DNA of 64,000 nucleotides. It comes from a virus. Made by a program: the position numbers and the translations under genes. Where the stretch lies: the IMG/VR virus record IMGVR_UViG_3300044632_001398, positions 1 to 64,000 of that record. One strand, given 5' to 3'. Under the pieces are notes generated by a model that saw only the letters and a list, made by a program, of their open reading frames with translations, made no database searches and was not told the origin of the DNA. This document shows positions 40,881 to 48,597 of this stretch, piece after piece. The first letter of the stretch is position 1, and each line of letters opens with the position of its first letter.

Positions 40881-42329
40881 ATGAAATCAGTATTAATTGC
40901 AAGTGATTTAATCAAAGATTTAAATGGTAATATAAAAGTAATTGAAACGAACACAAACGCGTCAGTATCTATAAATTGGAATTTATATGATTTTGCAAAT
41001 TTGCAAGATTTTATCCAATCTAATAATTTTACAGAAGTTAATGGTATCGTTCCTCAAGTGGATAAACCATTTTCGGCTAAAATAAAAGAAATATGTGATT
41101 CAATTGGGATAACCTACGTTGAACATATAACAGTTAATGGTTCGATAACCGTTCCATTTATTGAAGATAATGAATCTACATTAATTATTAGACTTTCATA
41201 TGACACCACTGCAGTAGTGGACGACCAATATTGTAGAGACAAATTTGCATTACAAAAAGTAATTCACAATGAATCATTTGGTGTAAAAACATATATTCCG
41301 GTAGAAGTGGATGGAGTTACAATAGATGATTTTACCGAAATGGAAGACTTTGTTTATACTAACGACATACCAAATTTTATTGTAAAAAGTAGATATCCAA
41401 ATTATGATAAAGAAGTATATCCAAAGTTATACAAAGTAGAAAATTTAACACAATTAAATGAATTAAAATCTACAATTGAATCGGATTATTATTTACAAGA
41501 ATTTATTCAATCGGAATTAATAGATGGTAGAAGAAACATTATTAGAAGTTTAGATTTATTATATGGTTCTAATTTGGATACATTAAATATAGGTGGTTAT
41601 ACTGTTTTAAACCAAATTGAAGAAACAATATGGAATAATACATGGGATGAGAATAATATGTTGGCCAAAAAAGATAGGCCAAAATATATAACACATACGG
41701 CAGGACATGACGATTCTTCACATGAATATGTTTATGATGTTGATCAGGATGTTGCAATGATGGATGGTAGTAGAAAAACATTTTATTCATTAATATTAGG
41801 TGATTCAATTAAATCATTACACATTCAAGGATTGGACTTAGATGAAAGTACATATCAATTACAATCATGGACTGGTACTTATTCGGATTTTATTGAAAAT
41901 TTCAGTATTATATCCTCAGCTGTTGTTGCTACCAGAGAATCTCAACCCGTATCTCAATTATTTATTAAAATAACAATGGATGATGGAACTGAGTGGGATG
42001 ATGTAAAACTTTCACCATTATTGGTTAAGGATGGTGATGTTATTAAATTTAAAAGAGTAAATGATATGGCTATTGGTGATGTTATTATCACATATAATTT
42101 TGAATCATCGGAAGTAGAATTAAAAACCATTCAAAATATGGAAATTATATTTAAAGAAAACCAAATATTGGGTTCTTTAGATGTTGAACCGGTGGATTTG
42201 TATCTACCTTTTGTATCTGCAAATTCAACAGTAATTCAACACAATCGATGCACCAAGGGATGTGCAAGTAATGCCTGTTTCGATTCTTTTGCATGTGGTA
42301 ATTGTAGTTTTTACGTTTGTAATAAATAA
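40881..42329 (+). CDS. Circularly permuted ATP-grasp + Hint domain + C-terminal six-Cys peptide (putative self-processing precursor)
   Basis: N-terminal SDL..D.NGNIKVIETNTN (D..ExN), RDKF, FIVKSRYP, YLQEFI; Hint VAMMDGSRK...LILGDSI, V.DMAIGD, LDVEP...IQHN; then RCTKGCASNACFDSFACGNCSFYVCNK. Confidence 0.75.
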   Translation: MKSVLIASDLIKDLNGNIKVIETNTNASVSINWNLYDFANLQDFIQSNNFTEVNGIVPQVDKPFSAKIKEICDSIGITYVEHITVNGSITVPFIEDNESTLIIRLSYDTTAVVDDQYCRDKFALQKVIHNESFGVKTYIPVEVDGVTIDDFTEMEDFVYTNDIPNFIVKSRYPNYDKEVYPKLYKVENLTQLNELKSTIESDYYLQEFIQSELIDGRRNIIRSLDLLYGSNLDTLNIGGYTVLNQIEETIWNNTWDENNMLAKKDRPKYITHTAGHDDSSHEYVYDVDQDVAMMDGSRKTFYSLILGDSIKSLHIQGLDLDESTYQLQSWTGTYSDFIENFSIISSAVVATRESQPVSQLFIKITMDDGTEWDDVKLSPLLVKDGDVIKFKRVNDMAIGDVIITYNFESSEVELKTIQNMEIIFKENQILGSLDVEPVDLYLPFVSANSTVIQHNRCTKGCASNACFDSFACGNCSFYVCNK

Positions 42330-42351
42330 AAAATAATTAAAAATAAAAAAT

Positions 42352-42465
42352 ATGGCACTTTTAGATAAAGAACAAATAGAATTAACAGTTGCAACAAAAT
42401 TGCAAATTTCATCAGTTATTACAAGTATGGTAACTCTTATTAAGAGTGATATATTAAGTTCATAA
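42352..42465 (+). CDS. 37-aa amphipathic peptide
   Basis: Unlisted ORF MALLDKEQIELTVATKLQISSVITSMVTLIKSDILSS with A-rich upstream region. Confidence 0.55.
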   Translation: MALLDKEQIELTVATKLQISSVITSMVTLIKSDILSS

Positions 42466-42469
42466 AATA

Positions 42470-42501
42470 TTTGGTAAAACCAATTATTTTTAATATATTC
42501 G
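42470..42501 (+). promoter_or_regulatory. Class II promoter TTTG-N20-TATATTCG
   Basis: Close to the Bacteroidota TAnnTTTG consensus; 4 nt before ATG 42506. Confidence 0.65.
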
Positions 42502-42505
42502 TTAT

Positions 42506-42805
42506 ATGCCAATAGACGTAAAAGAAATTACCAAAGCTTGGATAGATTCTTACTTTGGAACAATCGAACAAAAAAACAGAGCAAACGATAGAAATGAAAT
42601 CTGTCAACAATGCCCATCTTTAAAAGAATTTTTTAAACAACGCAAAAACATTTCCGTTCAACAATGTGGTGAATGTGGGTGTCCTATTTCTAAAAAAATA
42701 TGGTCATATAAATTTAATCCTTGCCCATTAGGTAAATGGGAAGATGTTGATAAAAAACACAAAAATCTATTTGATACTGAATTGAAAACTAAAAATACGA
42801 TTTAA
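42506..42805 (+). CDS. Cys-rich Zn-binding protein (DUF6171-like)
   Basis: R.EICQQCP...CGECGCP...CPLGKW. Confidence 0.75.
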   Translation: MPIDVKEITKAWIDSYFGTIEQKNRANDRNEICQQCPSLKEFFKQRKNISVQQCGECGCPISKKIWSYKFNPCPLGKWEDVDKKHKNLFDTELKTKNTI

Positions 42806-43171
42806 ATGAATGTTATAAATACAAACCCAAAACTATATATTAAATACATCGATAATATAAAGGGATTTGGTGTTTTTACTAATCAAAAAATTAAAAAGGG
42901 TGAATTAATTGAACAATGTTATTCCCTTTGTATTGATACTACGGTTAAAGGGTTTGATGCATATTGGTTTAGGTATAGAGGAGATAGTACATTGTTACCA
43001 CTTGGATTTGGTACGATTTATAATCATAGTAATACTCCAAATACTATATGGAAAATTATTGATGAAAACAAAAGAATTATAAACTTTTATGCAATTGATG
43101 ATATTGATATAGATTGTGAACTTTGTCATAATTACGGACCAGGGTATTTAAAACATATCCAATTAATATGA
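42806..43171 (+). CDS. SET-domain methyltransferase
   Basis: KGFGVF...IKKGELI, YNHS.TPN, A..DI....EL.HNYG. Confidence 0.85.
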   Translation: MNVINTNPKLYIKYIDNIKGFGVFTNQKIKKGELIEQCYSLCIDTTVKGFDAYWFRYRGDSTLLPLGFGTIYNHSNTPNTIWKIIDENKRIINFYAIDDIDIDCELCHNYGPGYLKHIQLI

Positions 43172-43701
43172 TTTATCAAAAAAAAATATTTTCTAAAGAG
43201 GAATGTGATATAATATTACAATTATCTGACACATTGGAATTTAGAGATGGAAAAACTAGATATAGTAAAGATAATATGCATGCCGACTTTGATGAATACT
43301 GGGTTTCGGATAATGAAAATGCTATATGGTTTATGGATAGAATAAAAGTGTTTGCCGAAAAAGAATTAAAAGTAAAATTAAAAAAGTTAAAATCCGATGT
43401 TGCAATTCTAAAATATAAAGAAGGACAGGGTATTGATATGCATATAGATTATAATCCCAAAAATGTGGATGTTAGAATGTATACTGTTGGTGTAATGCTG
43501 AATACCGAATGGGAAGGAGGTGAATTTTTTATAAAGGATGTATCTAATGGAGAAGAAACGATGCTAATCAAAGAAATAGGAAATACATATATTTTTGATG
43601 CATTTTCTCCTCATATAGTTAATAAAGTAACAAAGGGAGTAAGATGTGTATTGATTACTCATATATTAAATTCAGAAATTAAAAAAACAGATTTAATATG
43701 A
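43168..43701 (+). CDS. 2OG-Fe(II) oxygenase (prolyl-hydroxylase-like)
   Basis: FSKEEC, HID, EGGEF, HIV.KVTKGVR. Confidence 0.85.
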   Translation: MIYQKKIFSKEECDIILQLSDTLEFRDGKTRYSKDNMHADFDEYWVSDNENAIWFMDRIKVFAEKELKVKLKKLKSDVAILKYKEGQGIDMHIDYNPKNVDVRMYTVGVMLNTEWEGGEFFIKDVSNGEETMLIKEIGNTYIFDAFSPHIVNKVTKGVRCVLITHILNSEIKKTDLI

Positions 43702-44285
43702 TTTATCAAGAAAAAATATTTTCTAAAGAGGAATGTGAAAGAATATTATCATATACCAACATATATACTGATTTAGTGTTTAGAAGTAAAGAACCAAATA
43801 TTGATTTTGAAAAAAGAAGGGTAGAGCATATTACAAAACACACTAATGGTAAAAATATCGGAAAATTTTTTAATGTTTGGGATATTCGTCATGATGAAGA
43901 AACACATTGGATGTTTGAAAAAATAATAAAATGGTTTTCTAATGTTTCAAAAATAGAACACAATTCAGATGGGTGGCCTGGCGGTTGTTCATTACATAAA
44001 TACTCAAAGGGGGACTCATTTCAAAAACATATAGATTTAAATCAATCTTTCCCAGATAGAAGATGGAATTTAGGTATTCAATTAAACGACTCATATACTG
44101 GTGGTGAATATATATGTTATGATAATAACGATAATAAGATAATATTAAGTAAAGAAATTGGAACAGCAATAGCTTATAATTCTACAACTGAACATGAAAT
44201 AACGGAAATATTATCTGGTGAAAGGTGGTCTATTGTAATGCCAATAAGTAATAAAGTAATTTTAGAAAAAAAATCAATAATATGA
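43698..44285 (+). CDS. 2OG-Fe(II) oxygenase (prolyl-hydroxylase-like)
   Basis: FSKEEC, HID, YTGGE, HEITEILSGER. Confidence 0.85.
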   Translation: MIYQEKIFSKEECERILSYTNIYTDLVFRSKEPNIDFEKRRVEHITKHTNGKNIGKFFNVWDIRHDEETHWMFEKIIKWFSNVSKIEHNSDGWPGGCSLHKYSKGDSFQKHIDLNQSFPDRRWNLGIQLNDSYTGGEYICYDNNDNKIILSKEIGTAIAYNSTTEHEITEILSGERWSIVMPISNKVILEKKSII

Positions 44286-44905
44286 TTTTAGAAAAAATAG
44301 AAATAGATAAAAATATTATTGTATATAAAGGAATAGTTGGTTTATTTGAATCCTTTAATAGAGAAGAATTTATTAAAAAAATAAAATATATTCAACATTT
44401 ATATCCGGATTTTACTAATTCTATGAATGAAAAATCACCTGGTAAACAATATCCAATTTTAGTAAATTTAGAAGAGACTAATTTTATTATTAATAAAGTA
44501 AAAACATCATTAAAAAATGAAATAAATACTCCAAGTGAATGTGTTATAAACAGTTGGGTTTATGTTAGTAGTAATAAAAATAAATATTCAGGATATCATT
44601 CACATGAAAGTACAGGAGTACATCAAAATAATAAAACCGTTATGTTTGATACATCACACACATTCACATATTATGTTCAAATGCCAAATAATTTAAAAAA
44701 TGATGATGGATATTTATACTTTAAAACAAAAGATGGTACGGAATTTGGATTTTTACCAAAAGAAGATGAGGTTTGGATATTCCCAGGAGATTTAGAACAT
44801 GATGTTAAAACCAATACATCATCTACAAATGAAAGAATTGTAATTGCAAGTAATATGCATTTTTTTGATTATAATGATATTAAATTAGAAAAAAGTATAT
44901 TATAA
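44282..44905 (+). CDS. Putative 2OG-Fe(II) oxygenase (HxH type)
   Basis: SWVY, HSH, TYYVQMP, IFPGDLEH.V, RIVIA. Confidence 0.75.
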   Translation: MILEKIEIDKNIIVYKGIVGLFESFNREEFIKKIKYIQHLYPDFTNSMNEKSPGKQYPILVNLEETNFIINKVKTSLKNEINTPSECVINSWVYVSSNKNKYSGYHSHESTGVHQNNKTVMFDTSHTFTYYVQMPNNLKNDDGYLYFKTKDGTEFGFLPKEDEVWIFPGDLEHDVKTNTSSTNERIVIASNMHFFDYNDIKLEKSIL

Positions 44906-45624
44906 TGTCTATTTTAATAAATAATAACTTAATATGGGTATCTATACCAAGAAATGCAAGTCATTCTATTGAAAAGGCTATTGTAAATTCGGATGTAGAG
45001 ATAAAACATTGGAATAGATTGTATACAACAGAAAGTATTTTTAATAGAAATTGGTTGCATCAACATGTAAATAAAAACCAATTACAAATTGCATTTGGTA
45101 ATAAAGAAACGTTTTGTATAAAAAGAGATTTCAGTAATAGATGGATATCTTCACTGGAACACTTTTGGGATGTGTGTATTAAACACCACAAATTAACTCC
45201 TATTATTAACTATGAAGACATAGATAATGATTTTATATACAATACTTTTAATACTACATTCAGTAATATTTTATATAATGATAATACGGGATTAATAAAA
45301 TGTACATCAATGTTAGTAAAACAATCTATGGAAGATGTATTAAATAATAATACTAGGTATGAGACTCAAAGACTTTCACACATTTTTGCATCACAAAATA
45401 AATATTTAGATGGGGAAAAATGTACATATGAATTTGACATAAAAGAATTGGATAAATTTAAAACATTTTATGAAAATAGATATGATGTAAAAATAGATAT
45501 ACCTCATGAAAATGTATCACCAAAAAAAATAAATAAAATAATATTAGATGATGATTTAAAAAATCATTTATGGGAAGTGTTTGAAAAACCATTTGCAAAA
45601 GATAAAAAATATAATTTATTATAA
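44905..45624 (+). CDS. Sulfotransferase (Sulfotransfer_2-like)
   Basis: WVSIPRNASHSI (5'-PSB) and RD..NRWISS (3'-PB) motifs. Confidence 0.7.
   Translation: MSILINNNLIWVSIPRNASHSIEKAIVNSDVEIKHWNRLYTTESIFNRNWLHQHVNKNQLQIAFGNKETFCIKRDFSNRWISSLEHFWDVCIKHHKLTPIINYEDIDNDFIYNTFNTTFSNILYNDNTGLIKCTSMLVKQSMEDVLNNNTRYETQRLSHIFASQNKYLDGEKCTYEFDIKELDKFKTFYENRYDVKIDIPHENVSPKKINKIILDDDLKNHLWEVFEKPFAKDKKYNLL
45551..45612 (+). repeat. Copy 1 of a ~62-bp direct repeat (copy 2 at 46869-46931)
   Basis: atgatt(t)taaaaaatcatttatgggaagt[g/a]tttgaaaaaccatttgcaaaagataaaaaatat. Confidence 0.9.
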
Positions 45625-45653
45625 TACCCCCACCAACAACACAACTAAAATAA

Positions 45654-46226
45654 ATGTTATTTAATAATTTTTACAAAACAACCTACGATTTTAATTGGGA
45701 AGTATTAGAACCCATTTTAGAAAAAATGGTCAGTATAAAAAATCAAGACTATTTAGAAAAGGGTGATGTATTAACTTCTTTTAAAAATAAAATAAGTCCA
45801 TTAAATTTACCTGAACTTAAAGACTTTTATAGTTTTATATCACCAATTTATAGTGATGTATTAATTAATAAATGGAACTATCCAAAAGAAAATGAATATT
45901 TTATTAGTAATTCTTGGGTATCAAAATATGGAAATGGTGGTTTTATTGAAGAACACAATCATACCAACGTAATTGCAGTAATATGTGCATATTTACAAAT
46001 TCCTGAAAATTCATCAAATATTTTATTTAGAGATCCAAATTATGATACAAAAATAAAATTATCAACAAAGGATGATAATTGGTTATGGAAAGAAATAGAA
46101 TCCAAAACAAACGAAATACTTATATTTGAAGGTGGGTGTTATCATAAAACTAATCCAAATAATAGTTTAATTCCTCGTTGGGTATTAACTACAAATATAA
46201 CAAAAAAAAATAAAAGTATAATATGA
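45654..46226 (+). CDS. Putative 2OG-Fe(II) oxygenase (HxH type)
   Basis: SWVSKY, HNH, F.DP, LIFEG..YH.T.PN, RWVL. Confidence 0.75.
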   Translation: MLFNNFYKTTYDFNWEVLEPILEKMVSIKNQDYLEKGDVLTSFKNKISPLNLPELKDFYSFISPIYSDVLINKWNYPKENEYFISNSWVSKYGNGGFIEEHNHTNVIAVICAYLQIPENSSNILFRDPNYDTKIKLSTKDDNWLWKEIESKTNEILIFEGGCYHKTNPNNSLIPRWVLTTNITKKNKSII

Positions 46227-46248
46227 AATTAAACAAAATAAACACACT

Positions 46249-46872
46249 ATGAAAGGGAATGAACAAATAGAGGTTTTTGAAGAAAAAATTGAAATTCAAA
46301 ATACAAAAAACGATGGTAACAATGTCATTATGCACATTGGTGAAAAATATTTAATGACTAAACTTGCAGAAATTGTTACAAAAAACGGAGGTGACATATT
46401 AGAAATTGGATTTGGAATGCATTTATCTGCCGATGCTATACAATCAAATCCAAATGTGACATCACATACCATAATAGAAATTCATCCGGTTCAATATGAA
46501 AGAGCATTAGAATGGGCAAAGTTACAAAAAATAAAAACAACAGTTATATTAGGTGATTGGATTGAATTATTACCATTGACTAATATGAAGTTTGATGGAG
46601 TATTACATGATACACATTTAGACCCGAATATACCTAAATTTTTAGATTATATAGTAGATAATTGTAAAAAAGGTACAATTGTGGGTTTTTTTGAATATCA
46701 AAAATTTGATTTAAGATTTAATGGATATAGAGTTACTATACCAAAAGAAGACTGGGAAACTATTCCATATAAAAATAACATATATTACAAAGATAATCAG
46801 CCTGAATTAAAATATACTACATTTAATGGTGATGATTTTTATAGTGAAAAAAAAATAAATAAACTATTATGA
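46249..46872 (+). CDS. Class I SAM methyltransferase (GAMT/Rmt2-like)
   Basis: GGDILEIGFGM, HTIIEIHP, GDW, FDGVLHDT. Confidence 0.8.
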   Translation: MKGNEQIEVFEEKIEIQNTKNDGNNVIMHIGEKYLMTKLAEIVTKNGGDILEIGFGMHLSADAIQSNPNVTSHTIIEIHPVQYERALEWAKLQKIKTTVILGDWIELLPLTNMKFDGVLHDTHLDPNIPKFLDYIVDNCKKGTIVGFFEYQKFDLRFNGYRVTIPKEDWETIPYKNNIYYKDNQPELKYTTFNGDDFYSEKKINKLL

Positions 46873-46940
46873 TTTTAAAAAATCATTTATGGGAAGTATT
46901 TGAAAAACCATTTGCAAAAGATAAAAAATATTTAATTTAA
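46869..46940 (+). pseudogene. 23-codon relic duplicating the 3' end of the sulfotransferase gene
   Basis: MILKNHLWEVFEKPFAKDKKYLI*, ATGA-coupled to the upstream stop. Confidence 0.7.
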
Positions 46941-46941
46941 A

Positions 46942-47508
46942 ATGGTAATCACTATTATCGCAGAACCAAGAACTGGGTCAACTAATTTAGGTAAATGGTT
47001 TCTGAACAATAAAGAATTCACAGTATTATTTGAACCATTAAATAAAACTAGTACAAATTATAAAAAAGGTGAATCAGTTTATCAATGGAAATATAATACT
47101 AATCATTTTTTAATTAAGGAAATATATACACCAGATATATGTTTAACAGAATTGATACAATTTTCAGATAAAATCATAATACTTTATAGAGAAAATAAAA
47201 AAGAACAATTGGAATCTTGGTTAGTTGCCAGAGAAACCAATAATTGGCATGTAAAATGGAGTCATAATATGACAAGTGTGACAAATGGTAAAGAAAAAAT
47301 AAAATATTTTAATTCACTAACAAATACATTCAAATTAAATTATATAAATAATCCTAATTATTTTAAAATTTCATATGAAGAATTATATTATAGTAATGGA
47401 TTTCAAAAAATAATAGATTATATAAATTTAGATTGTGTAAAAAATGAAAATTTTCCACAAGGTCAAAAATATAGAATATATGATAGTAAAACAACAAGTA
47501 TTATTTAG
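46942..47508 (+). CDS. Sulfotransferase (Stf0-like)
   Basis: AEPRTGSTNL, LFEP, LYREN..EQLESW, ISYEEL. Confidence 0.75.
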   Translation: MVITIIAEPRTGSTNLGKWFLNNKEFTVLFEPLNKTSTNYKKGESVYQWKYNTNHFLIKEIYTPDICLTELIQFSDKIIILYRENKKEQLESWLVARETNNWHVKWSHNMTSVTNGKEKIKYFNSLTNTFKLNYINNPNYFKISYEELYYSNGFQKIIDYINLDCVKNENFPQGQKYRIYDSKTTSII

Positions 47509-47977
47509 TAAAGAAGAATGTGAATTGATTATAACTCTACCAAAAACAAATCAACAATATTGGGAATCAAAGGATAGAAGTTATAATTCACTTGTACTGC
47601 AGTATAACGAAAATACAGAGTGGATATTTAATAGATTGAAAAATTTTTTTGAATTAGAAACGGAAATAAAGATTTTTAAATTAAAACCATACATACATTT
47701 TCATAAATATGTAAGTGGGGATTGGTTTGGTAGACATAACGATATTAGAGGTGACAGAATTTCTGCAGTGGGTGTGTTACTGAATGATGATTTTAATGGT
47801 GGAGATTTCAAATTATACAATCCAACAGAAGTGATTTTAAATAAAGTGGTTGGAAACACATACATATTTGATGTTACAATTGACCACGAAATAACACCAA
47901 TTTTAAATGGTGAGAGATATTCATTACTTTGGTTTTTAGAAAGAGACAATATTAAATTTAATAATAAATTGATATAA
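47480..47977 (+). CDS. 2OG-Fe(II) oxygenase (prolyl-hydroxylase-like)
   Basis: FSKEEC, HND, FNGGDF, HEITPILNGER; start revised to MIVKQ. Confidence 0.85.
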   Translation: MIVKQQVLFSKEECELIITLPKTNQQYWESKDRSYNSLVLQYNENTEWIFNRLKNFFELETEIKIFKLKPYIHFHKYVSGDWFGRHNDIRGDRISAVGVLLNDDFNGGDFKLYNPTEVILNKVVGNTYIFDVTIDHEITPILNGERYSLLWFLERDNIKFNNKLI

Positions 47978-47978
47978 A

Positions 47979-48494
47979 ATGGATGATATTATACAATATA
48001 AAATAACTAAAGAAAAATTCATTAAAATTGAACATAAATCTCATTATAAATTAAAATATGTAGATTTAAATAATTATTTAGATTATACCGAAGATTTTAA
48101 TATAATAATAGATTTATTGCATAAACAATTAAAATGGGACGGTATACCAACATTGGAAGAATGTTATCAAAGATTTAATTCTAATTCATTTTGTTTATTG
48201 TTTTATTATAATGAAAAATGTATAGGTTGGAATTGGGGTAATCCAAATGTAACTATTAATTGGATTGACATTGATAAAAAATTAAATAATAATGAATTGT
48301 ATTTAGGTGGATGTTTTGTTTCTAAATTAGTTGAAAGACCGGCAGACGCTGGTATTCAAAATTATAATATGTTTTTTGATTATTGTTTAAATATTTTAAA
48401 TCCAAATGTAATGTATGGATATTGTGACAATTGGAATAAGGCTGCAATAAGAATCAATATAAGTAATGGATGGGAACAGTTTAATTTTTTATAA
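47979..48494 (+). CDS. GNAT-fold acetyltransferase-like protein
   Basis: CIGWNW, YLGGCFVS, CDNWNKAAIR...NGW. Confidence 0.6.
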   Translation: MDDIIQYKITKEKFIKIEHKSHYKLKYVDLNNYLDYTEDFNIIIDLLHKQLKWDGIPTLEECYQRFNSNSFCLLFYYNEKCIGWNWGNPNVTINWIDIDKKLNNNELYLGGCFVSKLVERPADAGIQNYNMFFDYCLNILNPNVMYGYCDNWNKAAIRINISNGWEQFNFL

Positions 48495-48503
48495 CATAAT
48501 TTA

Positions 48504-48554
48504 ATGAGAATATTAATTATTGCAATCGGTAGAACAAAAAGAAAACTATTATAA
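48504..48554 (+). pseudogene. 16-codon internally deleted sulfotransferase-like relic
   Basis: MRILIIAIGRT-KRKLL*; N-terminus resembles MVITIIAEPRT of ORF 46942 joined to a KLL tail. Confidence 0.55.
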
Positions 48555-48560
48555 ATTTTA

Positions 48561-48592
48561 TTTGATTTTTTATTAGATTTTCACTATATTAA
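48561..48592 (+). promoter_or_regulatory. Class II promoter TTTG-N20-TATATTAA
   Basis: 5 nt before ATG 48598. Confidence 0.6.
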
Positions 48593-48597
48593 TAGTA

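Noticed and set aside
41730-42245. Canonical splicing intein or homing element
   Set aside because: No N-terminal Cys/Ser, no block-B His, +1 residue is Arg and no endonuclease domain; at most C-terminal cleavage
42225-42512. Minus-strand 95-aa ORF and other short nested ORFs in the track
   Set aside because: Overlap better-supported genes on the opposite strand or frame and show no motifs
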